Of a stretch of 64,000 nucleotides of DNA, positions 50,361 through 63,279 are shown in pieces. The position numbers and the translations under genes are program-made. Positions within the stretch are counted from its first letter, which is position 1. Each line of letters opens with the position of its first letter. Origin of the DNA: Malacoraja senta (lineage: Eukaryota); assembly GCA_038087875.1 (NCBI GenBank), contig CM075993.1, positions 7,938,001 to 8,002,000 on the forward strand, written 5' to 3'. The notes beneath the pieces are model-generated. The model saw only the letters and a list, made by a program, of their open reading frames with translations. It ran no database searches and was not told where the DNA came from.

Positions 50361-51055
50361 TTCAAGGTTTCAAGGTGAGTTTATTGTCACATGTACCAAT
50401 TAAGGTACAGTGAAATTCAGATTGCCACATAGTCATACCAATAAAGAGCAACAAGACGCCCAAATACATTTTTGACATCAACATCTACCACAGCGACTCC
50501 CCCACATTCCTCACTGTGATGGAAGGCACAAAAAGTTCATCCTTCTTCCCTTCTTTGTTCTCCTGCGGTCGGGGCACTCGAACCTTCCGTTGTTGGGGCG
50601 ATCTTGGTTCCCACGACCTGCGGTTGAGCCCTCTGCATCGGGGTGATCAAGCTCCCGCATCAGGGTAGAAATCTCAGTTCTCCCGCGCCGTGCGATCGGA
50701 CTCCCGAGTCAGGGCTGGTCGAACCTCCTGCGGCTTGGAGCTTCCCGACATCAGTCTCTACCCGAGACTGCGAGCTAATCGATGTTGAAATCCCAGGCAA
50801 GGGATCGCAGGCTCCAATGGCAAGTCCATGGCCCCGCGGTGGGGCTCAAAGTCAGTCTCGAGCAAGGCCGTAGAGCGACCGAAGATACGACCCGGAAAAC
50901 AATGGTATCTCCGGCAAGGTAAGAAATTGAAAAAAGTTTCCCCCGACCCCCCCCACGAGAACATTAACACATGCTTTTTAAAACACACTAAAAATAACAA
51001 AAAAGACGAAAAGACAGACTGTAGGCGAGGCTGCCATCACTGACGGCACCACTAG
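50361..51055 (-). mobile_element. Second copy of the 47046-47785 family
   Basis: Shared 5' region ATGGCAG(G)CCTCGCC...; tail CAATAAAC...(CCTTGAAA)n. Confidence 0.6.
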
Positions 51056-52469
51056 AGCTACAGGTCCAACTAAAACCTTCCTTACAATTTTTAAATTTAG
51101 CTATCTCTTTTCATGTCATCATCGTTTCATTGTAGTCCCGAGACCCATCACACAATTCTGCAGTTCAATCAAAGTGCCTGCACAAAGTACACAGACTCCC
51201 TCTTGTGTTCAATGTTTTTATTTTATGATCAGATCGCCTGTCTGATGCAAATGATACATCGGACATCAAACGCTATTAATAATGTTGGGCATTGTATACA
51301 TTAGGCAGTGTTCCATGTAGTTCAAGTTCAAGTGAGTTTATTGTCATGTGTCCCTGATAGGACAATGACATTCTTGCTTTGCTTCAGCACAACAGAATAT
51401 AGTAGGCATTGACTACTATTATATTAGCAAGGCTAATATAAAAATCGGAGGGGATTTTAATTTATAGACTGGCAAACTCAATTAGCATCTGCAGTGGCTT
51501 ATGTCTGGATTAACACATCTGGTGCCGGGTGCCAGCAACAGTAGAACTGCACAACATCATAATCTGCAAAGTTAGTCTGTCTTAGTCTTACTCTCAATCC
51601 CATCCAGGAGAATGGGATTGAGCGGGAAAGATAGATCAGCCATGATTAAATGGCAGAGTAGACTTGATGGGCTGAATGGCCCATAACATACGAACGTACG
51701 AATCATCGTCAGGGCACTTAGACACAAAAAGCTGGAGTAACTCAGCGGGACAGGCAGCATCTCGGGAGAGAAGGAATGGGTGACGTTTCGGGTCATCAGA
51801 CTTGAAACAGCACCCATTCCTTCTCTCCCGAGATGCTGCCTGTCCCGCTGAGTTACTCCAGCTTTTGTTGTCTAACTCTTCATCCGCTAGCACAGGGAGT
51901 GTACCATCACCACATAGACTGCAGCGGTTCACAAATCAGACTATCTATTACCCTCCAGAGGGCAATTAGGCCTGGACAATTAAGTGACAGCCTTGTCAGC
52001 GATGCCCTCAGTCTGCAAAAAAATAAAAAAAAGGGTGAAAATGATTATCTGATCATGAGAGATTTCTCACATCCAAAGGCACTAAATCAAAGCATTCTAC
52101 ACTACTCCAGCTTTCCTTTATTCCTCAAATATTTCAATATTCTCTCCATCCCTCCCACAACCCATTTAGCCGACCGGACTGTGTCCTGATTAAATTTTAT
52201 ATTTGTATGCTTCGTTATCACCTGCCCCGAGCTAGCAATGATCGATTCTACATTTTCCTTGAGCCTCATCCCCTTTGATGCCTCATTTTCACACCTTACC
52301 CTTCCATTTCTGTCTCCCTCTCCCTAACTCTGCCTGAAGAAGGGTCTTGACCCAAAATGTCACCCATTCCTATCCAGAGATGCTGCCTGTCCCGCTGAGT
52401 TACTCCAGCATTTGGCGTCCATCTTCGGTATAAGCCAGCATCTGCCGTTCCTTCCTACACATTGCAATC

Positions 52470-54956
52470 TTTTATTCAAGTCACTGATCATGTGGTGCAA
52501 CTGATTCTAAAATCTGTCTTGACTTTGATTTGTACTCCCTGATATTTTACAATATTTGGGTACCAGATATTCTTACGCAAACGGAGATGATCTTTGATCT
52601 CCATCCAGATGAAAAAGCGATGAGTTTTATTTTGAAGTCTTGAAATGGCAGCAGTACAAGAAATAATAACCTGCCTCTGGAGTAATGAGGATAGCAGTTT
52701 ATGCTTCCAATCTAAATACATTATCATTTTTATTACTTATTTGAAATTATTCAATGGGGTCAAGGAAAGATCGTTCACGTCGCGGCCCTGTTTCCACCAA
52801 TCTTTCCACCACCACGCATAAGAAGCGACAAGACAGACACCATTGTATGCAGATGCCGAGAAGTGTGTTCAGCTCTGGCTGAACCACTTCTAATCTTGTG
52901 TGTGCGCTCGATAAGAAGACGTAGTTATTCAATGATGAAGGAAATAATACACTTCACACAAGACAGCCAGATTTCAGCCCTGGCGATATTTTAATGGGAA
53001 ATACTGAACTACAAGTCAAGTGTACAACTTCTGTATAGAAATCACACGTGGGTGGCTAAAGATCACAGCACAGAATACAAAAAGCAATATATATGCATTG
53101 TACAAGCTGGCTTAAAAGCCCTGCCTCTTATACTTTACAAAGTGAAAATAGAGAGGTTGCTGGGGCAAACTGTACAAATCAATCTCTGACATTGTCGGAT
53201 CACAATGTTGTGGAGCACAGTGGCTATCTGAACAGTTGCAACAATCTCAATGGACAATTGGAGGTTTAAGACAACAGCCGGGTGAGTGGTTGAGCAGAAA
53301 ATAGTTTTAGGATTTTTCTTTTCAGCTGCCGTTAGCCAAATCTTGCCTTGATTAGATTGGCTGTTCTAATACTTGCCAAACCACTACTCGGTTTGTCCTA
53401 GGGAAGCAAAAGCCACTGACCCACGTCAGTAGACGGAGAGGGGAGGGCAGAGAAAATAATTTACCTGATTTACAAAGAAATCTGTAAGATGGCAGAACTT
53501 CTTGAGTGGAGCGTTTTCACCCAATTACCAGTCTGCTGTTGTCAACAAAAAGATCATTCATTTCCAGGAGTAATTGGGGGAAGAGAGAATAGTAACAAGT
53601 CCAAAATATGTTCGAATAGATGCGCATAGAGAAAAAACAAAACAAGAAGTGTGGCTGCTGACCAGACTCATCAAAAAGAAAACCTCAAAACTTAAAAAAA
53701 CCTGTTCCAACAAGTAAAAATAATCTTAAAAGCAGATGAAGGCAGAAGGGGCTAGGGGAGGAAAAGGGTATTATTAAATGTATAAAACTGATTTCCAGAG
53801 GCATCATAATTAACAGTCATGTGTTTCAGACATTAGAGCACTTTCAATATACGACAGACATCAGTGAATGTTCTAGCCAACAAAACTTAAGGCTCATAGA
53901 AAGTCTTTCAAAATTCAGCTAAGCTTTTTTTGTGTGACATGTGTTTTTTTTAAAAACACCTGATGTGTTTCACTGTCTTCTAATGGTACCAATTGTGTTG
54001 GTAAGAGGCTTCGAATGCTAGTCAAAATGCTTCAACAAAGAAATGTTCAAAATAAAATGCCCAAACCATGAAAAATCTCTTTTTTCCTGTAACTTGTAAA
54101 AAAAAAAGCAGCACGAAAAGTTAAGGACTGTGTCAATCGCAACTGAATTAGTAACCGCTGATGGATGTCTGGAAATAAAATTGGATGCTGCAGTGTGAAG
54201 GGATTGTGACTGGTCAGTTGACATATTAGTCCGTCAGTCAACCACTTGCTCATTAATGTCTTGTAATACCTGAAGCTACAATTCCACAGGGTCGAATACT
54301 GTATAAAACTGGAACCAGCAGTCTATCAGACTTCCAAAAGGAAGCAAATTGTGTTTGGAAGACTAAGGCAGGTTGTTTTTTTTTAAAAAAAGGTCTTGGG
54401 TAAGTTACCCTCAGAGACCCAGAGTTCAATGTTTCCATAAAGAAAGAAAAGGTGATCGGACAGTTTAAATAACGTCTGCCGTGAAGTTTGGTCCAGTTGT
54501 TATAGACGAGCAAACTTGAATTAAAACTTAAAACAAAAAGGGCAAAATACACTATGTAATGGCATGCTGCACATGGACACTTAATGATGCAAGTGTTCTG
54601 TACATAAAGAAATATCTTTTCACTAACAGAAATTCACATGTAAAGAAAGCTACAATTACTCTGAAATCCCTTTGGTAAAAACTTTAATAATGGTGCCTCA
54701 TTTTTCCATATCAACTAACTTCAAGCCACCTCATACTATGATACACAATAAGCTAGTAAGTGATGCTAGCACATTGATGCAGATTGTTTCTCCTTTAAAA
54801 AAAAAAAAAAGTCTGTTGACAATATGTACAGAGTATTTACAAAAAGATAGCAGTGTTTAATTTTGTTGTTGTTGTTGTCGGAGCTGGTGAATGGCATTGG
54901 ACGAGATGCCAGACGCGGGCACACTGAACGACAGGAGGACATGGTGTGTGGGTAGG
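52470..54956 (-). other. SIN3A: Probable SIN3A 3'UTR (AU-rich, no recognisable TEs)
   Basis: Follows the stop codon and is the longest repeat-free stretch in the window. Candidate AATAAA on the minus strand at 52729-52734, 52626-52631 and 52471-52476. The true 3' end is unknown. Confidence 0.65.
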
Positions 54957-55187
54957 TCATGGCCCCTTGAACAATGCACTGTATTTCACCCTGTACTTGT
55001 TGATTTTCATGAAGTGCAGCGTTTCCTTTTCGCAGGTGGTCGTGCAAGGCACCATGCCCTCCAACCTCTCGCCCATTAGCCACTTGCTGGACTCGGCAGC
55101 CATCTCGCGAGTCACGTGCTCTTTGCTCCATTTGTCCACCCAGGCCTGGAACCGCTGGTGTAGCCGCGTGCTGACCCGCTCGTGGGA
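54957..55187 (-). CDS. SIN3A: SIN3A last coding exon: [20 protein letters not shown]...[15 protein letters not shown]
   Basis: tag| acceptor at 55188-55190, then 76 codons plus TGA; matches the SIN3A C-terminus. Confidence 0.96.
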   Translation of the reverse strand, partial: SHERVSTRLHQRFQAWVDKWSKEHVTREMAAESSKWLMGERLEGMVPCTTTCEKETLHFMKINKYRVKYSALFKGP

Positions 55188-55762
55188 CTACATTTCAAAG
55201 AGAGAAGAAAAACACGGCGTCATTAGACTTGACTTTAGAGAAACACGCCCTTCCACCCACCGAGTCCGTGCCGACCAGCGATCCCTGTACACTAGCACTA
55301 TCCTACACACTAAGGACAGATTACAATTTACAGAAGCCAGTTAACCGCACAAACCTGTACATCTTTGGAGTGTGGGAGGAAACAGGAGCACCCGGAGAAA
55401 ACCCACGTAATCACAAGAACGTACGAACTCCGTACAGACTGCGCCTGTAGCCAGGATCGAATCAGAGTCTCTGGCGCGATAAGGCACCAACTCTACCACT
55501 GTGCCACTATGCCGCCCCAATACCCATGAAACTTACAGAATCAGAGAGAGAATTGAGTTTCATGAGACAAGCCACTTACCGCAAACACCAAGGTAAGATT
55601 TTCAATGTGCAAGACAAAATGTTCTTGGCTCTGGGTGATGGTTGGGGTGAACAAGCAGTCAATAAATATTTTCAGCCTATCTTTTCCCATTTGTTTTGTG
55701 TCTTTTTTTAAGTTCCTGGGGTGGAGGGTTCATTGGATGAGGAGAGGTTAAACGGACTGGCT

Positions 55763-55799
<37 letters not shown>

Positions 55800-56009
55800 T
55801 ATCTGAATGCTAAATAATATAACTAAACCAGACAAAATTGGTATGGATCATGCCAGGATAAACACTGGATTGATGATTTCCCTGGCTGTCATGTCCAAAA
55901 CTATGGTCACATGCTCAAAATAAAGGTTTGGACATGAGGAGAGGGATAAGAAGAAATGTCTTCACTCATAAACCTCTTTGATAGTAGAGGCTCAGTTTCT
56001 GAGTACATT

Positions 56010-56300
56010 CTAGATTTAGGTTTAGGTTTATTATTGTCACATGTACCGAGGTACAATGAAAAGATCAAATAAACCATAGATAACCACAATAAAGTCAAAC
56101 TCAAGTATAATAGATAGAGCAAAGGGGAGGATGCAGAGTGTAGAATATAGTTTTCAGCTTTGTAACGCAACAGTACCAGAAGTCCGATGTCCTCAATGGG
56201 GTGGAGGTGAATCGGACAATATCCTAGCTTATGGAAGGACCGTTCAGATGTCTGATAACAGAGGGGAAGAAGCTGTTCCTGGTGGTGTGCATTCTCAAGC
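56010..56300 (-). mobile_element. Rex1/Babar-like LINE 3' fragment
   Basis: TTRNSFFPSVIRHLN ORF-end motif, then AATAAA and a (CCTAAA)n tail. Confidence 0.6.
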
Positions 56301-57198
56301 ATTTGTACCTTCTGTCAGTCAGGAGCAAGGAGGAGGAGGAGGAAATGATCAGGGTAGGACAAGCGAGAATTTGATAGATTTTTAGATAATAAGGAAAACA
56401 AGGAACTTCAGGATAGTGCAGGAAAATGGTGCTGAGGTAAAAGATCAGCCATCATTTTATTGAGCAGGTATAAGGGAATCTTACTAACATACCCAATAGA
56501 AGGCAGAAACATTCAAGCATCATCTAAGGGGGGGGGAGCAGAATCTTTTATAGCTAAAATGTAATCAACCTGAAACTCTAGACCTGCAATTCCCCTCCCA
56601 ATATCCGTTGCTTTTAGATGTCTGGTTCCTAGTATCCACAGTGCGGTGGGCGACACAGCCTTACCGCACCAGACCCGGGTTCAATCCTGTCTGCAGGGAG
56701 TTTGTACGTTCTCAATGTAACCATGTGGCTTTTCCCTGGGTGCTCTGGTTTCCTCCCACACTCCAAAGACGTACAGGTTTGTAGGTTAATTGGCTTCGGT
56801 AAAGATTGTACATTGTCCCTAGTGTGTGGGATAGCGCTAGTACTGGTTGACGCGGACACGATGGGCCGAAAGGCCTGTTTTTGCGCTGTATCTCTAAACT
56901 AAACACATCGTCTTGTTTAAGAAGGAACTGCAGATGCTGGAAAATTGAAGGTAGACACAAATGCTGGAGAAACGCAGCGGGTGAGGCAGCATCTCTGGAG
57001 CGAAGGAACTAGGCAACGTTTCGGGTCGAAACAGTCTGAAGAAGGGTTTCGACCCGAAACGCCGCCTATTTCTTTCGCTCCATAGATGCTGCCTAACCCG
57101 CTGAGTTTCTCCCACATTTTTGTCTCCCTAAACACATATCTTGCTTTTTGTATCCTCAAAAGATGCAATCCCACGGAGCCTGTAACGAGTGTACTGAC

Positions 57199-57406
57199 CT
57201 GCCGAGCCCTAAGCAGTGCAGTCCTCCTGTACATGTAGTCTTCTGATTTGAAGACATACACCATCTTGTACGAGTTGAGTTTAAAATTGCACTGTGCTTT
57301 ATCATAATTCTCCGCATTCTCCATAGATTTCTTATTGCTGCATTCCTTCCCTTCTTTTTCTTGTTGCTCCCGACCCCGTTGGCACTTGCGAATTCGGCGT
57401 AGATTC
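57199..57406 (-). CDS. SIN3A: SIN3A penultimate coding exon: [15 protein letters not shown]...[31 protein letters not shown]
   Basis: 208-nt exon, cag|...|gtcagt; conserved Sin3 C-terminal motif [21 protein letters not shown]. Confidence 0.96.
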
Positions 57407-58739
57407 CTGTTAAAAGCGTAATTGTACAGATGAGTGCTTCAGTTGGCTGCAATTAAACATAAGAATAGTGTGGGGGGAAATCCATAGGAAATATTCTACA
57501 GCTGCCAGGCACAAACTTGCTTTTTCTTATTACATCTTCCTCTTAATAATCCCCTAATTCCATTTAACTAAACATAATTATTGTAAGATTAGTAATGTCA
57601 CCATTTGGAGGGGAGATGATATGTGTACAGTGTTCTACATGTGAAGTACAGAACTGAGATATTGAAGAAAAGCTAATCATGGAATTTGTGTGATGTAGTT
57701 GCTGGAGGAGGTAGTTGAGGCAGGGACTATCGCAACGTTTAAGAGGCAATTAGACAGGTACCTGGACAGGAAAGGTTTAGAGGGATATGGGCCAAACGCA
57801 GGCAAGTGGGACTAGTGTAGATGGGACATGTTGGTTGTATCTAGACGGAGATACGTGCAGCATGGAAAAAGCACCTTGAACGAGATACCGTCAGCCACCA
57901 TTCATTTTACACTAATCCCATCTTTTTTTATTTTCTCCAGAACCTCATCAACTCTCCCCAAACTCTACCATTCACATTCACACTGAGGACCTTGTCCAAC
58001 CATCTGCCTATCAAACCACTCCCCCACCTGTATCCACCTATCACTCACCAGGCTTTGTCCTGTCCCATCTCTCCTCCAGCTTTCTTCCCCTCCCCCACCA
58101 CAATCAGTCTGAGGAAGGATCCCAACTCAAAACATCACTTCTCTAGATTCCCCAGAAATGCTGCCTGAGTCGCTGAGTTCCTCCAACACTTTGTCCTTTT
58201 TTTTGTAAACCAAATCTGCAGTTCCTTGTGCAGGAAGGAGCTGTAGACGCTGGTTATATGCCGACGTTAGACAAAAGGTGCTGGCGTAACTCAGCGGGTC
58301 AGGCAGCACCTCTGGAGAAAAGGCGTTTCGAGTCGGGACCTTGTAGTTCCTTATTTCTTGCAATTTTCAGTGGCCAATTAACCTACCAACTCACCATCTT
58401 AGGGATGTGTGAAGGAAACTGGAAAACCCGGGAGAAATCCACACAGTCAAAGGGAGAATGTACAAACCTCACACAGGCAATACCAGAGGTCAGGATTGAA
58501 CCTTGGGCTCTGGCGCCATGAGGCAGCAGGTCTACCAGCTGTATGTACCGCAGTGATAGTAATAGCACTATCAGAAAGAGTAAGCATAAGCCATAGTAGG
58601 TGGAGTTTCAGCCATATGTATCCAGGCCAGTTTCCTAGTGATGACTAATGAACCCGAAGTAATCGCTACAATGGATAAAGAGTTGTGTGCAATTTTGTGC
58701 AAAAGCAACTGGCAAAATCTCCAAAATAATGTTGCTTAA

Positions 58740-58913
58740 AGGGCCTGTCCCACTTACGCGATTTTTTCGGCGACTTGCCGAAAAATTTCAACATGTTGAA
58801 AATCCAGCGGCAACCAGAAAAAGGTACGACTCTTTGGGCGATTATTCACAACCAAACAGGCTTCACCCTCACGACATGTCGCCGAAAAAAATTGCGTAAG
58901 TGGGACAGGCCCT
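58740..58913. mobile_element. Short PIF/Harbinger-type MITE in a SIN3A intron
   Basis: TIR AGGGCCTGTCCCACTTACGC, TSD TAA. Confidence 0.85.
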
Positions 58914-59365
58914 TAAGTCCTTTATAATGGTGTACTGTTTACCATTAAGAATGATTTGCATTTCTATGGTGCTTGCCACAACTTCAGGTCATTCCATTTT
59001 ATAGCCAGAAGCTCATTTAAATTTAGTCACTGATGTAATGCAGGACTCAATTTACACACAGCAAAATGACGGCTGCGGAGGCCAAGTCAATGGATATTTT
59101 TACGGGGGAGATTGACAGATTCTTGATTAGTGCGGGTGTGAGGGGATACGGGGAGTAGGCGGGAGAATGGGATTGAGAGGGAAAGATCGATCAGCCATGA
59201 TTGAATGGTGGAGTAGACTTGATGGGTCGAATGGCCTAATTCTGCTCCTACAACTTATGAAACTTCCACAACACCAAAATTATAATTACTTGACTATCTG
59301 CTTTTGGTTGTATTAGGACTTGTTATGTTAGGACTTGATCTAGGAAGTCAACAGAGGAGCCTTAC

Positions 59366-59460
59366 CTTGGCAGGAACACAGGTTTCTGTGCTAGATGTTC
59401 CCGTAGTTCAGGAGAGGTAGAATCTGAATTCATATAACGATCCATAAAGTCTGACCAGCG
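59366..59460 (-). CDS. SIN3A: SIN3A coding exon: [31 protein letters not shown](R)
   Basis: 95-nt exon, cag|...|gtaagg, phase-compatible with its neighbours; SIN3A motif [15 protein letters not shown]. Confidence 0.95.
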
Positions 59461-59824
59461 CTGCGAACAGAGAAGTGTCATTCAAAAATCATCAGCAAAA
59501 ACAGGTGGATATATTGCTCATAAAATGTGTTCTACTTTAGTTGGTCTAACTTCCACATATACTTGTAAATTCCTTCCAATGAGGATGGGCATGGGGAAAA
59601 AATCCTTTGAAGGTTGCTCTACCTTCATGTAAAATGCCACCATGTGATGATTTTGCCCATCTCTGCTGAGACAGAGGCGTAACAGCGAGAGAATTTTTGT
59701 TTAAATATTAATTTTGTTTAATTTATGTTAAAAAAAGGTTTGCCTTTATATCGCGCCATTCATGATCTCCAAATGCCCCAAAATATTTTACACCCAGTAC
59801 TTGTGAAGTATAATGTAATAATAA

Positions 59825-60115
59825 TGGTGTCGTAGTGGTAGAGTTGCTGCCTCACAGCGCCAGGGACCCGGGTTCGATCCTGACTATGGGTGCCGTCTGT
59901 ACAGAGTTTGTACGTTCTCCCCATGACCGTGTGGGTTTTCTCCGAGATCTTCGGTTTCCTCCCACACTCCAAAGACGTACAGGTTTGTGGGTTAATTGAA
60001 CTCGGTAAAATTGTAAATTGTGTGTAGGATAGTGTCAATGTGCAGGGATTGCTGGTCGGCGCGGTCTCGGTGGGTCGACGGGCCTGTTTCCACGCTGTAT
60101 CTCTAAACTAAAGTA
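59825..60115 (+). mobile_element. HE1-like V-SINE nested in an older Deu-domain SINE
   Basis: Complete head, V core and tail. Confidence 0.85.
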
Positions 60116-60204
60116 AACGCAACTAAGTATGGCAGGCAATATGCACACAGCGAGGTCCAGCAAACAGCAGTGTAAAAGTAACCAGTAGCTTTGTTTTAAA
60201 ACCA

Positions 60205-60370
60205 TGCTGGTTGAGGGATACATTTTGGTCAGAACAGGGCGACATCTCCCCAGTCTTCTTCGAAATGATGCTGGAGATTCTTTACATCGACCTGAGAGGG
60301 TAAACGGTGTCTCAGATTGGCGTTTCATCCGAAAGATGACACCACCAATACCTGACACCAGCAATATGGC
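60205..60370 (-). mobile_element. Deu-domain SINE remnant (SacSINE1/AmnSINE1-like); a weaker copy lies at about 10995-11140
   Basis: The plus strand GTTGAGGGATA...TCTTCTTCGAAAT...CCTGAGAGGG...TCATCCGAAAGA resembles the reverse complement of the Deu domain as recalled. Confidence 0.6.
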
Positions 60371-62618
60371 ACGCTTAAATCAGGATGTATCTTAATTTTA
60401 ACATATCCAAGCTTCATCAAAATACGAAAACAAAGATAATGACAACAAAATCTGATTCACGAAGATGTAGCTGTACAGCCCAACCAGTTATGTTGAATTA
60501 TAATCTCCAAATGGGTATAATCTTTAATCCCAATAAAATAAGAATGAGCCCAGGAATGATTGGGTTAACATATGATGAGTGATTAACCGCACTGGGCCTG
60601 TACTCGCTGCAGTTTAGAAAGGGAACTCATTGAAACTTACCGAAGAGTGAAAGGCCTGGATAGAGTGAATGTGGAGAGGATGTTTCCACTAGTGGGAGAC
60701 TCTAGGACCAGAATCCATGGCCTCAGAATAAAAGGAGATGAGGAGGAATTTCTTTAGCTAGACGGTGGTGAACCTGTGGAATTCATTGCCACAGACGGCT
60801 GTGGAAGCCAAATCGATGGATATTTTTAAGGTGGAGATTGACAGATTCTTGATTAGTACGAGTGTCAGGAGTTATAGGGAGAAGGCAGGAGAATATGGTT
60901 GAGAAGAAAAGATAATTCGGCCATGATTGAATGGCGGAGTAGACTTGATGGGCCGAATGGCCTAATTCTGCACCTATAAGTTATGAACTTATGAAAACAG
61001 TGAATTTGACAGAACTTCAGTCAATGGCAGAATATTTAGGCAGTAGCTGATTCATACTAAGAGGCTGATCTTGGCTCTAATTAGAGAAATATTTTATCTG
61101 TTTTTTCCCCCAACCACATCAAAGACATGCAAGTTATCTCCAGTCTCCATGGGCTCAGGCCTCTATTGCCAAAGGAGCATTTAGGCATTGCACTCCCACA
61201 TCTCTGCCAAAAGCCAGTGTATACAGCTGTGAGGAGTTGGGAGGCGTCCAAACTCATTTCTGAATGATAGTAACATCATACAAAACACTCAACACACAAG
61301 GATTTGAAAAATCAAGGTCTAATTAGCTATCGTAAAGGAAGCTTCAAAGAGTGGCTGAACACATCAACCCAAACAAGGCTAGAATGTAAGTGAGCTCAGG
61401 CTCATACACAATGTCTTCTTCAACCAGGATTGGATGCCATAAATGGTAACTGGCACAGTACTTTAAAACAGATTAAACAAAATGAAAATATATCTGTTAT
61501 TTACAGCCCAGTATCAATTTCTGCATTATAAAATTTGCCTTGGATTCTGATACCCGACTCAGCCGGGCTTATGTGATGACCCACAAACCTGGAAATGGCT
61601 GTTAAGGAAAGGAAAGAGGAGGTAGTTGAGGCTGGGACTATCCCAACATTTAAGAAACAGTTAGAAAGGTACATGGATAGGGACAGGTTTGGAGGAATAT
61701 GGACCAAATGCGGGTAGGTAGGACTGGTGTAGCTGGGACATGTTGGCCAGTGTGTGCAAGTTGGGCCTGTTTCCACGCTGAGTGACTCCATGAGTAGCAA
61801 CCCTAAACATCGGCATCAATGGGATTCTATGAGCTACCAGTATGATAATTGCTAACCTCTTCAATCTGTGGCTTCACAGCCCAAAGTAATCCTCGCCTCA
61901 GTTTGTCATCAAGCTAGAAGATCAACCTTGATTCAATAAGGCGAGTGTAAAGACCATGCCAGGAACAGCACATCTTGGAATGAGATGCTGAGTGAAGTTT
62001 CCACATGTGAACTAAAGAGAAACGCTGAAGCCATTGGCAGAGCCGCAGTGCCCGACAAGTAACGGAGCAAAGTAAAGTATCACAATCTCATCGCTTGTTA
62101 ATCAGCAACAAGAGACCATGAACAAGAGGTGCAAAGAAGGGCTCCAACCCAAAACGTCATCTATTCCTTCTCTCCAGAGATGCTGCCTGACCCGCTGAGT
62201 TACTCCAGCATTTTGTGTTTATGTCTGCTGTAAAGCAGCATCTGCAGTTCCTTCCTACACTCCATAAACAGCCCTTCCTCAAACACTAGTGTGGAAACAG
62301 GCCCTTCAGCTCACCGTGTCTGCGCAGACCAATGATCACCCCGTACACACGTTCTACTTAACGCACAAGGGGCAATTTAACTATGAACCTGCACGTCTTT
62401 GGAGTGTGGGAGGAAACTGGAACACCCGGAGAAAACCCACGTGGTCACAGGGAGAACGTACAAACTCTGTACAGAAAGCACCTGCGGTCAGGATCAAACC
62501 CCGGTCTCAGGCACTGTGAGGCAGCAACTCTACCGCTGCGCCACCCTCTATTGTTGGTACATATGACAAGTATGCACCCTTGACTGATTTAATCTTAACT
62601 TCAACGTGTTGCGCTTAC

Positions 62619-62711
62619 CTCTGCTTCCACGGGACCATCTGAGTTTTCCTCTTCAGTGTCCAGCAGGTCAATAGTCAACGACACTTGTTCTCGGCTGTGT
62701 ATGAATGTAAG
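62619..62711 (-). CDS. SIN3A: SIN3A coding exon (4th from last): [31 protein letters not shown]
   Basis: 93-nt exon bounded by cag| and |gtaagc. The translation matches the vertebrate SIN3A C-terminal region as I recall it ([31 protein letters not shown]). Confidence 0.95.
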
Positions 62712-63279
62712 CTGGGAGCAAAGGATAGGAACATTGTAGAGTTGAATGGTTTTAAGTATACATAATTCCTGCATACTTATATAAGTATAATATATTTGCA
62801 ACTAATATATTTGATCTGACAACACATCCAGCAAATGTCTCTTTTTCAACACTATAATAAAAACTTTAATAGCGTACAAAAGCCCACCTCCCTTGTCCCA
62901 TCCATAAACAAACGTGAATTGGATACTTTCCCCTCTACGTCCTCATCAAAAGTATTAAAAATAAAACTGGAAAAGTTAATACATTTTGGCTCGAAGATAG
63001 ATACAAAAAGCTGGAGTAACTCAGCAGGTCAAACAGCATCTCTGGAGAAAAGGAATAGGTGATGTCTCGACCCGAAACGTCACTTATCCCTCAACTTGAA
63101 GAAGGGTCTCGACCCGAAACATAACCTGTTCCTTTTCCCCAGAGAGGCTGTCTGACCCCACTGAGTTACTCCAGCTTTTTGTGTCTATCTTTGGTTTAAA
63201 CCAGCATCTGCAGTTCCTTCTTATACATTTTGGCTCAATCCTTAGAGCAGAAATAAATGGACTGCACAGAACAGAATTA

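Noticed and set aside
54766..55131. 121-aa minus-strand ORF as a separate gene
   Set aside because: It is an alternative frame of the SIN3A last exon.
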